Assembly (NCBI GenBank): GCA_965195285.1
Contig: CBDAFS010000007.1
Span: forward strand, 30,785 to 94,784
Direction of reading: 5' to 3'
DNA length: 64,000 nucleotides
From: an uncultured Aminicenantes bacterium
Lineage (GTDB): Bacteria > Acidobacteriota > Aminicenantia > UBA2199
Under the pieces are notes generated by a model. That model was not told where the DNA came from and did no database searches. It saw only the letters and a list, made by a program, of their open reading frames with translations. Position 1 is the first letter of the stretch, and each line of letters opens with the position of its first letter. Shown piece after piece: positions 50,667-60,608 of this stretch. Both the position numbers and the translations under genes were made by a program.

Positions 50667-51380
50667 TTGAATAGAAAAATTTTTTTTCTTGTTATTGGTT
50701 TTGTTCTTTTTATCTCCTGTTTGGCTACTTTGGTGGCTGATTTCGATTATCAGCTGGATTTCACTTCCCGGTATATCTGGAGGGGATTTGATCTGAATCC
50801 CAACAGTCAGCCGGCACTTCAACCGTCTTTTGAATACAGTTGCGGAGATTGCGGCTTTACCCTCAATCTCTGGAGCAGCATTTCCTTAAGCAATAATGAC
50901 TATAATGAAATTGATCTGAATTTTACCTATAAGCTAAAAATTTCCAGAGATTTAATCCTGGGCACGGGTTTTATTTTTTATGGCTGGTATTTTATCGATG
51001 ATTTTTCTTTTAGTGAAAATACCAGTCAGGAGGTCTTTTTTTCAGCCGCATTGCCAAACCTGTTTTTTCACCCCAAGTTGACGGTATACTATGATTTTGT
51101 CAACGGAGATGGGATTTATGTTTTACTGCAGAGTCGATATTCTCATGAATTCTCAAAATCGATCAAAACCGAACTTTTTGCTTCATTGGGCTATAATGGC
51201 GGTCAATGGCTGGCTGAAGGTGCTGAACCGGGGTTCAGTGATTTAAACTTCAAATTTTCTCCTTCATTCAAGTTGAAAAGATTTACGATTTCCCCCTTTG
51301 CCTGTTATACGTTTGTGTTGCTGGAGGCAATCGGAACAGAAAACTATTTCTGGTTTGGTGTTTCTGTGATATTCAAATAA
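50667..51380 (+). CDS. putative outer-membrane beta-barrel protein (TorF/Gcw_chp-like)
   Basis: Signal peptide; SRYIWRGFD....PALQP, EID; alternating beta pattern ending in an aromatic residue. Confidence 0.7.
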   Translation: MNRKIFFLVIGFVLFISCLATLVADFDYQLDFTSRYIWRGFDLNPNSQPALQPSFEYSCGDCGFTLNLWSSISLSNNDYNEIDLNFTYKLKISRDLILGTGFIFYGWYFIDDFSFSENTSQEVFFSAALPNLFFHPKLTVYYDFVNGDGIYVLLQSRYSHEFSKSIKTELFASLGYNGGQWLAEGAEPGFSDLNFKFSPSFKLKRFTISPFACYTFVLLEAIGTENYFWFGVSVIFK

Positions 51381-51531
51381 AATACTTCCTGAGTTATATT
51401 AGTTTCTGTATCCATTCTGGAAAAGTGAAGTTTTTATCTTGCTTTTGTCCTAAGCGAATTCAATTTTTGACTTGATTTTAATTTTTTTATGATATATTGT
51501 TTTTTTGCCACCAATTAAGGAAGGAGGACAA

Positions 51532-52125
51532 ATGAAAAAGCAAGTTTTTGCATTAATTTTTTTTGTTATGGTTGGGGTATTGTTGTTTCATCCTGGCTGT
51601 AATAATGGAACAAATGGAGGCACTCAGTATATCTTGACTGTTACGTTATCTAATGGTGTAAGTGGTACTCCTTCTGCCGGTGCCTTTAACTACGGAGAGA
51701 ATGATACGGTAGTCTACAGTTATGCAACCCAGGCCGGCTACGGCAACCTGGCTGTAACTCTGGACGGAGCACCGGTGGGAAACAGCGGAGTCATCAACAT
51801 GACAACCAATCACACCCTGAATGCCACTGCCAGCGTGGATATCCGGGGCAACTGGCAGGGCCTGCATACGGATGATAACAATAGTCAAATTTTTCAAGTA
51901 ACCTTTGGCGGAGCCAGTGCAACATCCGGAACCGCCAGTGGAAACATAGGTGGTCCAACCGGAACCGGAACCTTCACTGTTTCAGGTTCTAATATTTCAT
52001 TTTATCTGGATTTTGGTTTTGCCAGATTTGATTGTACAGGCACCATTTCAGATATAAATCATATGTCGGGAACCTGGGTTAATGCTGGGGGATTTACTGG
52101 AACCTGGGAATTAACTCGTTTGTAA
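51532..52125 (+). CDS. lipoprotein with a beta-grasp (InlB B-repeat-like) domain and a small beta-barrel
   Basis: AGGAGG SD; HPGC lipobox; YILTVT...G...Y..NDTV.YSY; G/T/N-rich. Confidence 0.7.
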   Translation: MKKQVFALIFFVMVGVLLFHPGCNNGTNGGTQYILTVTLSNGVSGTPSAGAFNYGENDTVVYSYATQAGYGNLAVTLDGAPVGNSGVINMTTNHTLNATASVDIRGNWQGLHTDDNNSQIFQVTFGGASATSGTASGNIGGPTGTGTFTVSGSNISFYLDFGFARFDCTGTISDINHMSGTWVNAGGFTGTWELTRL

Positions 52126-52195
52126 TCGTATTTTTTATCGAATCCAATTATTCTACAGCTGATAAAAACCGGGAGTTATCAACAATTCCATAAAT

Positions 52196-53437
52196 TTATT
52201 TATAGCGAATCCATTTGAGAATTTCTTTAATGGATGGTTTCTTTCCGTACATCAGCAGTCCGGTTCGGAAAATTTTGGCACCAAGCCAGGCCATGAACAT
52301 GATGGTGAGAATGCAGAGTATGATTGATAGTAATATCTGAAAAAAGGAGGGAATGGCTACCCCGATTCTCATGAACATGAGGGTGGGAGAAAATAGTGGA
52401 AAGAGGGATGCGATGACCACCGGTACCGAATTGGGATTTTGAGTCACCATAATTCCCAGGATAAAGGGAATGATAAGTAAATAGGTTATGGGGGCGGCAA
52501 ATTGCTGGGCTTCCTGATCGGTATTCACCGATGCACCCACCAGTGAGAATAGAATGGAATACATAAAATATCCGAGTATGAAAAATATCACAAAATAGAT
52601 GGCCAACTCCAGGGAAATAAAGCTGAGTATGTTTTCGTTGATATCAAAGGAGGTCTGGCTGAAGAAGATAAAACCGATCAGAATCCAGAGGGCCACCTGG
52701 GTCAGACCGGCCAACCCGATACCGATGATTTTCCCATAAAACAAACTTCTTGTATTGGTAGATGAGATCAGAATTTCAATGATTCGATTGCTTTTTTCTT
52801 CCAGTACACCCCGCATGATAAGTTGGCCATAGGCCATGATAATCGAAAACAAAATGGTGAGCATGAAAATGGACATCAGATATTCCATGCCTGAACTGGC
52901 TTTGGTCACCCTGTCTTTTTTAACTTTGAAGGTTTCAAAATTAATGCTGCGAGTGGCCTCCTCCACAATTTCAGGATCAATTTGCTGTTCATCCAGTATC
53001 TGACGGGAAATGATCTTCTGAACCGCTGAACCAATGTACTTATTGGTCTCGAAATCAGATATGTTGAGGGCAAAGAATGATATTTGCCTGGCTTTTTTGA
53101 TATCTTTGGGTATTAATAAAAATCCGTCAACTTCTTTATCCAGTATCTTCTTTTTATAAACTTCGATCAAATTATCTTTGGTTTGGTTTTTACTTTCTAC
53201 GGCAAAAAACTTGAGCGTTTTTTGAACTTCCTGGCTCTTCTGTATGAATTCGGTTTGAATCATTCCGGAAAGATCGGCAATGGCAATATTTTTGATTCCC
53301 CGGCCCACTTTGGTGATTAGCATGGGCAGGAATATGAATCCGGCCATGATGATGGGGGTTAATATGGTGGAGATCAGGAAGGATTTTTTCTTAACAATCA
53401 TTTTGTATTCTTTTTTAATAATGGTTAAACTTTTCAT
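52196..53437 (-). CDS. ABC-2 type exporter permease (NatB/YhaP-like)
   Basis: EEKSNRIIEIL.S, GKIIG, PLFSP.LM..R. Confidence 0.9.
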   Translation of the reverse strand: MKSLTIIKKEYKMIVKKKSFLISTILTPIIMAGFIFLPMLITKVGRGIKNIAIADLSGMIQTEFIQKSQEVQKTLKFFAVESKNQTKDNLIEVYKKKILDKEVDGFLLIPKDIKKARQISFFALNISDFETNKYIGSAVQKIISRQILDEQQIDPEIVEEATRSINFETFKVKKDRVTKASSGMEYLMSIFMLTILFSIIMAYGQLIMRGVLEEKSNRIIEILISSTNTRSLFYGKIIGIGLAGLTQVALWILIGFIFFSQTSFDINENILSFISLELAIYFVIFFILGYFMYSILFSLVGASVNTDQEAQQFAAPITYLLIIPFILGIMVTQNPNSVPVVIASLFPLFSPTLMFMRIGVAIPSFFQILLSIILCILTIMFMAWLGAKIFRTGLLMYGKKPSIKEILKWIRYK

Positions 53438-54345
53438 TGGGCAACTCCCTGATTGACCTGGTGGATGAAAATACTATTTAAGGAGGGTTCGGTAATCTTA
53501 TAACTGCTTATCGAAAGATTTTCAGCCATTTTTTTTAATAGTTTATCTTTATGCTGGATATCTTCCAGTTCAATTTCCATTTCCTTTCCATAGTCCTTGA
53601 CATTTTTGACGTATTTTAGATCGGATAAAAAACCTGAATTTCCTTCATAGCTCACTTTCACAAACCGGGTACCATGGTCTTTTTTAATCTGAGAAAGCGT
53701 GCCGTCCAGGACTTTTTTACCCTGATTGATCATGACCACGGTATCGACTATTTTTTCAGCATATTCCATCAGGTGAGAGGAAAAAATGATGGTGTTTCCT
53801 TCCTGTTTTTTCTCCAGGATGATATCCTTGACCAGTTCTATATTGACCGGATCAAGGCCGGCAAAAGGTTCATCTAAAATAAGAAGCTCGGGGGAATGAA
53901 TGATGGTGATGATAAATTGAAGTTTTTGAGCCATGCCCTTGGATAATTCCTCGACCTTTTTATCCACATACTGATCCAGGTTGAATTTTTTCAGTAATTC
54001 CAGTCCCCGGGCCTGTATGGTTTTGGAATTCATCCCCTTCAGTTCACCAAAAAAAGTGAGGGTTTCCGAAACTTTCAACTTGCGGTACAATCCCCTTTCT
54101 TCAGGTAGGTAACCCAGCCGGTTCTTGGCCTTTTCTGAAAACTGCTTTCCGAATATCTCAATTGTCCCTGAATCCGGGGCAATGATATCCATGATCATCC
54201 GCATGGAGGTGGTTTTTCCGGCCCCGTTGGGTCCCAGCAAGCCCAGGATTTCGCCTTTTTTCAATTTTAGGGAAATATGATCCACGGCCCGTTTTTTATC
54301 AAAATCCTTGACCAGATCTTCCAACACCAGAACATATTCTGCCAT
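53434..54345 (-). CDS. ABC exporter ATP-binding subunit (NatA/YhaQ-like)
   Basis: GPNGAGKTT, GYLPEERGLY, LSKGMAQK, ILDEPF. TTGACA-17-TAATAT promoter and AGGAGG SD upstream. Confidence 0.92.
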   Translation of the reverse strand: MAEYVLVLEDLVKDFDKKRAVDHISLKLKKGEILGLLGPNGAGKTTSMRMIMDIIAPDSGTIEIFGKQFSEKAKNRLGYLPEERGLYRKLKVSETLTFFGELKGMNSKTIQARGLELLKKFNLDQYVDKKVEELSKGMAQKLQFIITIIHSPELLILDEPFAGLDPVNIELVKDIILEKKQEGNTIIFSSHLMEYAEKIVDTVVMINQGKKVLDGTLSQIKKDHGTRFVKVSYEGNSGFLSDLKYVKNVKDYGKEMEIELEDIQHKDKLLKKMAENLSISSYKITEPSLNSIFIHQVNQGVAQ

Positions 54346-54459
54346 GGCTCCTCCTTGATGAAACAGGTTGAGATATTATCATCACTTAAATTTCGTGTCA
54401 AGACAGCAGTGATCCGATATCTTGCATAAACCGACCAATAAAGGTAAAATGTGTGGAAA

Positions 54460-54879
54460 ATGAAGGGATATGAGATTTTCTCCACTACTGCCGATGTGGG
54501 GATAAAAATCAGGGGCAAAACCTATGAAATGTTGTACCAGAATGCGATAATGGGATTTTTCCTGCTGGTTTCAGGCCAGGAGATTCAAACCTTGTCTGAC
54601 CATGCTTCAAGTAATTATCCCTTTGATTTTATGGGGGATAGCTGTGAAAATGTATTGGTCAACCTTCTCTCTGAAATTATTTTCTTGCTTTATTCCCGGG
54701 ACTGTATTACCACTGGAATCGCAATAAAAATAGCAGATGAAACGGCGCTTCAAGCCGATTTGATTATCCAGCCCATGCAGAATCCACCGGAGATGGAAAT
54801 CAAATCGGTTACTTACCACAATTTGCGGGTTAAAGAATGTCGCGGTATTAAATCGGCGGCCATCATTTTTGATATATAA
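54460..54879 (+). CDS. archease
   Basis: YEIFSTTADVGI N-terminus, EIKSVTYH, C-terminal IFDI; directly upstream of rtcB. Confidence 0.9.
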   Translation: MKGYEIFSTTADVGIKIRGKTYEMLYQNAIMGFFLLVSGQEIQTLSDHASSNYPFDFMGDSCENVLVNLLSEIIFLLYSRDCITTGIAIKIADETALQADLIIQPMQNPPEMEIKSVTYHNLRVKECRGIKSAAIIFDI

Positions 54880-54924
54880 ACGAAAAAAAGTAAGTTTTTA
54901 CGATATTAAGCGGAGGCAATACCC

Positions 54925-56373
54925 ATGGTTGAATTAAAGGACTTCAAGAAAATAACCCCGTTCCAGTGGATACTGGAGAAGGGCAGCCAACAGAAGATGA
55001 AAACCAATGTCCGGGTGTTTGCCACAGAAGCAATGCTGAAAAATGCCATCCAGGAGGCAGCCATTCAACAGGTGATCAATGTGTCCACCTTGCCCGGGAT
55101 TGTATCGGATTCGATTGCCATGCCCGACATTCATTATGGATATGGCTTTTGCATTGGGGGGGTAGCGGCGTTTCCGGCAGATTCCGGAATTGTGCTTCCG
55201 GGGGGAGTTGGCTATGATATCAACTGCGGGATTCGCTTGCTTTCAACCGAAATTCCTGCTGATGAAATAGTTCCACATACCGAGTCACTGGGCCGGATGA
55301 TTCTGCGGGATATCCCCACCGGGTTACCCCCCCGGAAGCAGCAGAAGATGAGCAAACCGGATTTTTTTAAAATTATAAAAAATGGGTCGGAAGAAGTTAT
55401 CAAGCGCTTCGGCGGGGAAAAAGATGATTTGGATTTCATTGAATCCTCGGGAAAACTGCATTTTGATGCTCCCCACGTCATAAGCGATAGAGCTGTGGAA
55501 CGGGGCCGGTCGCAGGTGGGTTCTCTGGGTTCCGGAAATCATTTCATTGAAATTCAAAGAGTCGAAAGTATTTATAATCAGGCTGCCGCTGAAGTCTATG
55601 GTCTGAAAAAGGGCCACATAACTGTCATGATCCATACCGGTTCAAGGGGATTTGGTCACCAGGTAGCCACTGATTATATTGAAATTTTTCGCAAGCGCAA
55701 TCTATCCAAAATTGAGGTGGATGATCCCCAGTTGGTTTATGCGAAAATTGATTCCAAAGAGGGCCGGAATTATTTGCAGGCCCTGAATGCGGCTTCCAAC
55801 TTTGCCTGGGCCAACCGCCAGTTGCTGATGCAGGAGATTATTTCTATCTTTGAAGGTGTTTTCCGGTCCTCCTCAGAAAAGCTGGGATTCAATTTGATTT
55901 ATGACCAGGCTCATAATATCGCCAAATTTGAAACCCATACCATTAATGGTGAAAAGATGAAAGTGCTGATTCACCGGAAAGGGGCGACCCGGGCATTTCC
56001 TGGTGGACATCCGGATATTCCGAAAAAATACAAAACTGTGGGGCAGCCGGTTATTATACCCGGAAGCATGGGAACCACTTCTTATGTTTTGCAGGGAACC
56101 CGAAAAGCCTTGGACATTTCCCTTGGATCCTCGGCTCATGGAGCCGGGAGGCGAATGAGCCGTCACGGGGCAGTGAAATTTGCCAGCAATATGAATGTGG
56201 CGGATCACCTGAAACAGAAAAACATCCTGATTTTTTCCCACTCTCAAAGGAGATTAAAAGAAGAGATTCCGGAAGCATATAAAGAGATTGACGAGGTGGT
56301 AGAGGTAACCGAGGGTGCCGGAATTTCAAAAAAGGTCGCCCGCATGATCCCCCTGGTGGTAGTCAAGGGATAG
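54925..56373 (+). CDS. rtcB: RtcB RNA 3'-phosphate/5'-OH ligase (archaeal/eukaryote-like long form)
   Basis: MPDIHYGYGF, GYDINCG, GSGNHF.E, HTGSRG, HNIAK, HRKGAT, PGSMG, HGAGR, EE.P.AYK. Confidence 0.95.
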   Translation: MVELKDFKKITPFQWILEKGSQQKMKTNVRVFATEAMLKNAIQEAAIQQVINVSTLPGIVSDSIAMPDIHYGYGFCIGGVAAFPADSGIVLPGGVGYDINCGIRLLSTEIPADEIVPHTESLGRMILRDIPTGLPPRKQQKMSKPDFFKIIKNGSEEVIKRFGGEKDDLDFIESSGKLHFDAPHVISDRAVERGRSQVGSLGSGNHFIEIQRVESIYNQAAAEVYGLKKGHITVMIHTGSRGFGHQVATDYIEIFRKRNLSKIEVDDPQLVYAKIDSKEGRNYLQALNAASNFAWANRQLLMQEIISIFEGVFRSSSEKLGFNLIYDQAHNIAKFETHTINGEKMKVLIHRKGATRAFPGGHPDIPKKYKTVGQPVIIPGSMGTTSYVLQGTRKALDISLGSSAHGAGRRMSRHGAVKFASNMNVADHLKQKNILIFSHSQRRLKEEIPEAYKEIDEVVEVTEGAGISKKVARMIPLVVVKG

Positions 56374-56399
56374 GGTTTGGATAAAAAAATCTCTTCTGA

Positions 56400-57833
56400 T
56401 TATTGAGACTGAATATTGAAATGTTCCTTGTATTTCTTTTTGTAATAAGCCAATCTTTCTTCAACCGTGGCTTTGGGAGGTATAGTCTGGTTTTTTTTTG
56501 AAATATTTCTCCTGGTTTTGGGACCGAACTTTTTCCTGCTGCCTTGATCGCCTGGATGATCCTTTCTTTTTTCACCATTAGCAGGCAGGCTTTTTTTCCT
56601 TGGTGTTCTGGTCTTTTTTCCGGCCGAATACGGTTTCTTGTTCTGGCTATCTCTTCTGGGCTTTCTCGTGTTGCCAAATCTTAATCCTTCGCTTTTACTT
56701 TTCGGAAACATTTCATCCGATGCAAATTCCACCGGTATTTTCTTGTTCAAGAAGGCTTCAATAGCCTCAAGGTTATAGATATATTTTTCACAGGCCAGGG
56801 TTATGGCTTTCCCGGATTTTCCGGCCCTTGCCGTACGGCCTATCCGGTGAACATAATTTTCGCAGTCCCCGGGCAGATCATAATTAATAATCATTTCCAG
56901 ATCATCAATATGCAATCCCCTGGCCGCCACATCTGTGGCCACCAGAAAAGGGATCTCTCCGGCTTTGAATTGTTCCAGTACGCTGATTCGCTTTTTCTGA
57001 GGGAGGTCTCCGCTGATGTGCAGGCATTTAAAGCCATTATAATTCAGGTGATTGGCAATCTGAACTGTATCCTGTTTCATGTTGGTGAAAATCAGTGCAT
57101 TTCTCGGGTTTTCTTTTTTTAAAATTCCCAGAGTGAGGTTTATTTTTTCTTTGCTGCTGACGTGATACAGGACCTGGGTTATACGATCAACCGCAATTTC
57201 CTCGGGACGAATCCGGACAGGCACGGGCCGGTTCATGAATTCCTTGGCAATATGTCTGGTTTCATTGTCCAGAGTAGCACTGAATAGCATGGTCTGGCGA
57301 GAATTGCGAGAGGAGGAATTTTTGATGATCTTCCTGATATCCGGTAAAAACCCCATGTCAAACATTCGATCCGCTTCATCGATGACCAGAAAGCCGATAT
57401 TGTCAAAACTGAGTTTCTTCTGGTAGTTAAAATCCAGCAATCTCCCCGGAGTTCCGATGATCACGTCGACTCCCTGCTTAATAAGCTTTTCCTGTTGGTA
57501 ATAGCCAACCCCACCGTAAAAACATCCGATGGTCAAATTGAGGTGTCCTCCCAGCAATTTGGCTTCTTTCTCAATCTGAAGGGCCAGTTCCCGGGTGGGA
57601 GTGACAATCAGGGCCTTTTTATTGTTGGTTGTTTTCTCATTCTTAAAATGATGAAAAATGGTGATTAAAAATGCAGCGGTTTTGCCGGTTCCGGTTTGAG
57701 ACTGCACCGCCACATCATTTCCCGTCAAACTGTGTTTTAAGGTTTCTTCCTGAACGGGCATGAGGCTGGTAAAGCCGGCATCGTCTATTCCATTAAGAAT
57801 ATCCTGGTGTAAATTGAGTTCGGTAAAATTCAT
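56400..57833 (-). CDS. DEAD-box RNA helicase (RhlB/RhlE-like)
   Basis: QTGTGKT, PTRELA, TPGRL, DEAD, SAT, ARGL, HRIGRTAR; basic C-terminal tail. Confidence 0.95.
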   Translation of the reverse strand: MNFTELNLHQDILNGIDDAGFTSLMPVQEETLKHSLTGNDVAVQSQTGTGKTAAFLITIFHHFKNEKTTNNKKALIVTPTRELALQIEKEAKLLGGHLNLTIGCFYGGVGYYQQEKLIKQGVDVIIGTPGRLLDFNYQKKLSFDNIGFLVIDEADRMFDMGFLPDIRKIIKNSSSRNSRQTMLFSATLDNETRHIAKEFMNRPVPVRIRPEEIAVDRITQVLYHVSSKEKINLTLGILKKENPRNALIFTNMKQDTVQIANHLNYNGFKCLHISGDLPQKKRISVLEQFKAGEIPFLVATDVAARGLHIDDLEMIINYDLPGDCENYVHRIGRTARAGKSGKAITLACEKYIYNLEAIEAFLNKKIPVEFASDEMFPKSKSEGLRFGNTRKPRRDSQNKKPYSAGKKTRTPRKKSLPANGEKRKDHPGDQGSRKKFGPKTRRNISKKNQTIPPKATVEERLAYYKKKYKEHFNIQSQ

Positions 57834-57984
57834 AAACTTATTCCTTTATCATATATAATAGGTGAAAATTGATATTGAATTAATTTCTTTATATTAATAT
57901 TAAAACCAATCGGAATATCTCTCTTCAAATATTTTCTTTATTAAAACCCGATTATACCACACAAACCCATTTTTTTCCAAACAA

Positions 57985-58635
57985 TCAATCATCTTTTTTA
58001 TCTTCTTCCTGGCCCAGTATTTTTTGCTTGTATAGTTTCTCCAGGTTCTCAGTATTGGTGTCCACCTCGTCCCAGGCTGATTTTTTGCCTTCCGTGTTCG
58101 GCTGTGGAACGGACGATTTACTGGCTTTCCCGCTGAAGGAGTCGATAGGAATGCCAAAACCGTCCGGGTTGGCTTTAAAATCTTCATCTACATAATACAC
58201 ATAGCTTCTCACCATCTTATCATGCCACATCTGCTTATCCCTGTCCCATAGACCGGCCAGATATCCGATATAACAGAATATGCCTGAGATCCAGCGGCCG
58301 ATGATTTCACGAAAGGCGGCCCGGCCCACTCCGATGATTTTTCCCTCCCGGGTCAAAACTGCAATGGATAAAAATTTGCGCCCCAGAGACTGACCCGTTT
58401 TTCCCATGCGTATAATGGAATTCCAGAATCCGAATACAATGGCTCCGGAAATCAGCAGAAAACAAAAAAATAGTAAAGGATCAGAGAGCTGGTTATCTCT
58501 TTCCAATAATGGGTTGGGTATTAAATAAAAGGGAAAATAAAAAGGCAATAATAAAAGCCCATCGATTACAATGGCTCCAAAGCGGGTTAATATGCTGGCA
58601 TATTCCGGCATTTTTTTTTCAATGTTTTTTTCCAT
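57985..58635 (-). CDS. RDD family membrane protein
   Basis: R..A..ID, GQSLGR, R...R, Q.WHDK. Confidence 0.88.
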   Translation of the reverse strand: MEKNIEKKMPEYASILTRFGAIVIDGLLLLPFYFPFYLIPNPLLERDNQLSDPLLFFCFLLISGAIVFGFWNSIIRMGKTGQSLGRKFLSIAVLTREGKIIGVGRAAFREIIGRWISGIFCYIGYLAGLWDRDKQMWHDKMVRSYVYYVDEDFKANPDGFGIPIDSFSGKASKSSVPQPNTEGKKSAWDEVDTNTENLEKLYKQKILGQEEDKKDD

Positions 58636-58651
58636 TAGTCATCCTCCTTTT

Positions 58652-59041
58652 TTATGAAAATAAATCCATTAACCTGAAGATCCAGACCAGTAAAAATATA
58701 AATATTAAAAATCGGGCGGATAGAAGTAAATGAATGATTCTGTTTTTAAATTTGGATTTAAGTTTAGAAAATGGGATTCGATTGGTGATCAAACAAGAAA
58801 TCAATAAAATAACTACCATACCGCCCAGGGGGTGAAAGGCAAAACTATCTCCCCATTTAAAAGAGAGGAAGGTGCTCATGCTCCGGATAAGCCCGCAAAA
58901 AGGGCAGGGATGTCCGCTAATATGTTTAAACCAGCACAGTGAGATCCCTGCTTTTTGAATCGGAAGCACCAGGAGAAAAATAAACAGGCCCAGGGATTTC
59001 AGTCGAAGCTGGTTTGTTCTGAAAAATAATCGTCTAGGCAT
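58652..59041 (-). CDS. DUF2752 family membrane protein
   Basis: C.FK..SG.PCP.CG..RS, F.FHPLG. Confidence 0.85.
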   Translation of the reverse strand: MPRRLFFRTNQLRLKSLGLFIFLLVLPIQKAGISLCWFKHISGHPCPFCGLIRSMSTFLSFKWGDSFAFHPLGGMVVILLISCLITNRIPFSKLKSKFKNRIIHLLLSARFLIFIFLLVWIFRLMDLFS

Positions 59042-59067
59042 TTGTGGGTGATATGTCTTAATAAATG

Positions 59068-59787
59068 TCAGGCTGACAGCTTAATCCAGTCCATCAGGAA
59101 TACCAGACTGTTATTGAGGCAGTGAAGTACAATGCAGGGCATTATGGAGCGCTGTTCCTCATACAGTTTGGCCAGTAAGTAACCCAGTACAAAGATGTAG
59201 TAAGGAACCGATGCCCCCAGCAGGAATTCCACCAAAAACACATGGGCCCCGGCAAAAAGCATGGCATTCACAACCATTCGTTCTCTTTTTCGTTTAAAAT
59301 GGTTGAACATGGCGGTATAGAGGTATCCGCGGAAGATGAATTCTTCGCATATGGGTGCAAATACCACCGCAGATAATAGTATGATCCAGAGTGATAATGG
59401 TTTCTGGTTCTGAATTTTCAACTGGGTGGTTTTCTCAAACAGAGATAGAAAGACGATAAATATTCCGACCCCGACAAAATAGATAAGAAGCGGTTTAATT
59501 TGACTTTTCAGAGCTGAAAAATGAATGTTGGCGACTTTTCTGATCGAAATATCCTTGAATTTAAGATCAAAGATCAACACTCCTGAAAAAACCAGATACC
59601 AGCAAACCCCACCCAGATGGATATAAAAATAGAATTCCGGATTAACAAGATCCAGTTTAAAACCATATTTTATGGCCAAAACAAATGTATATATCTGCAG
59701 AAGAGCAATGGCTGCAAATACAATCCAGAAACTTCTCTTGAAATCCAATTTTTCATTTCCCGGGAGACTGGATTCGATATCACTCAT
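59068..59787 (-). CDS. CPBP (CAAX/Abi) intramembrane glutamic protease
   Basis: APICEEFIFRG, FAGAH, HCLNN. Confidence 0.9.
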   Translation of the reverse strand: MSDIESSLPGNEKLDFKRSFWIVFAAIALLQIYTFVLAIKYGFKLDLVNPEFYFYIHLGGVCWYLVFSGVLIFDLKFKDISIRKVANIHFSALKSQIKPLLIYFVGVGIFIVFLSLFEKTTQLKIQNQKPLSLWIILLSAVVFAPICEEFIFRGYLYTAMFNHFKRKRERMVVNAMLFAGAHVFLVEFLLGASVPYYIFVLGYLLAKLYEEQRSIMPCIVLHCLNNSLVFLMDWIKLSA

Positions 59788-59844
59788 GATACCATGTATC
59801 CGGATATTCGATTCTTAATAGCCTGCTTATAAAAGCAAAAAAAT

Positions 59845-60132
59845 CTAATGTTTTTCTGGCCATTGCTGGGCTCCGTGAAGAACTTGGATAATTTCCAGAA
59901 TGTTGTTTTTTATGCGATAAATCACAATGAATGGAGTTCCGCTGATCACAAACTCTCTGGTTTTGGGTAGCCGTCCCCATCGGCCCATTCCGGAATTTGC
60001 AGATAAATAGTGTTCCACGGCATTAATAATCCTTAAAATCTGATTAACCGCTGATCCGGGATTGTCCTTGAAAATATATACTTCGATTTTATCAAGATCT
60101 TCTGAAGCCGCCTTAGTCCACAGAATTTTCAC
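59845..60132 (-). CDS. type II toxin, RelE/ParE family
   Basis: WTKAASEDL..I..YI..DNP, MGR.GR...TRE.V, YRI, VLHGAQ.WP. Confidence 0.9.
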   Translation of the reverse strand: MKILWTKAASEDLDKIEVYIFKDNPGSAVNQILRIINAVEHYLSANSGMGRWGRLPKTREFVISGTPFIVIYRIKNNILEIIQVLHGAQQWPEKH

Positions 60133-60358
60133 CCTTTTTCTCCCACTTTTTCCTTATCTCATCATGGGAGATCATCTCCCCTTTGTCAGCTTGGTTGATT
60201 CCCTCTTGAATAGCTTGGATCTGCCATTCGTTGAGTTGAATATAGTCCCTAATGGCTTCGGCAGCAATATATGATTTGGTCCGATCCATAGCCCGGGCCA
60301 TCTCTTCCAGTTTTTCTTTGGTTTTTGGATCCACTCTGATGGTGATGATCTCTTTCAT
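60113..60358 (-). CDS. CopG/RHH antitoxin
   Basis: ITIRVD...KL...A....RTKSY...EAI, WQ..AI.EG; overlaps the toxin start. Confidence 0.9.
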   Translation of the reverse strand: MKEIITIRVDPKTKEKLEEMARAMDRTKSYIAAEAIRDYIQLNEWQIQAIQEGINQADKGEMISHDEIRKKWEKKGENSVD

Positions 60359-60368
60359 TGTAGTCTCC

Positions 60369-60386
60369 TGTATACAATATAATACA
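60369..60386 (-). promoter_or_regulatory. TA operator/promoter palindrome
   Basis: TGTAT-N8-ATACA (including TGTATACA) overlapping a TATTAT -10, just upstream of the AGGAG SD. Confidence 0.6.
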
Positions 60387-60608
60387 TCACCCCGATTCCT
60401 TCAACTTAAAAATTAAAGGGACACCATACTTAATTTTTTGATTTTTTCTTTTTCCAAGAGCCTTTTGGACATCGTTTTTTTTAATCAATATTCTATTTAA
60501 CAACTTTGATTTCCAATCTCAAACCATGCGATATATTTTTTATAATCCGATTTATTAAAAAATGTCCCCAAAATATTTTTTATGTTGATTTAAATCTCAT
60601 TTAAAAAG

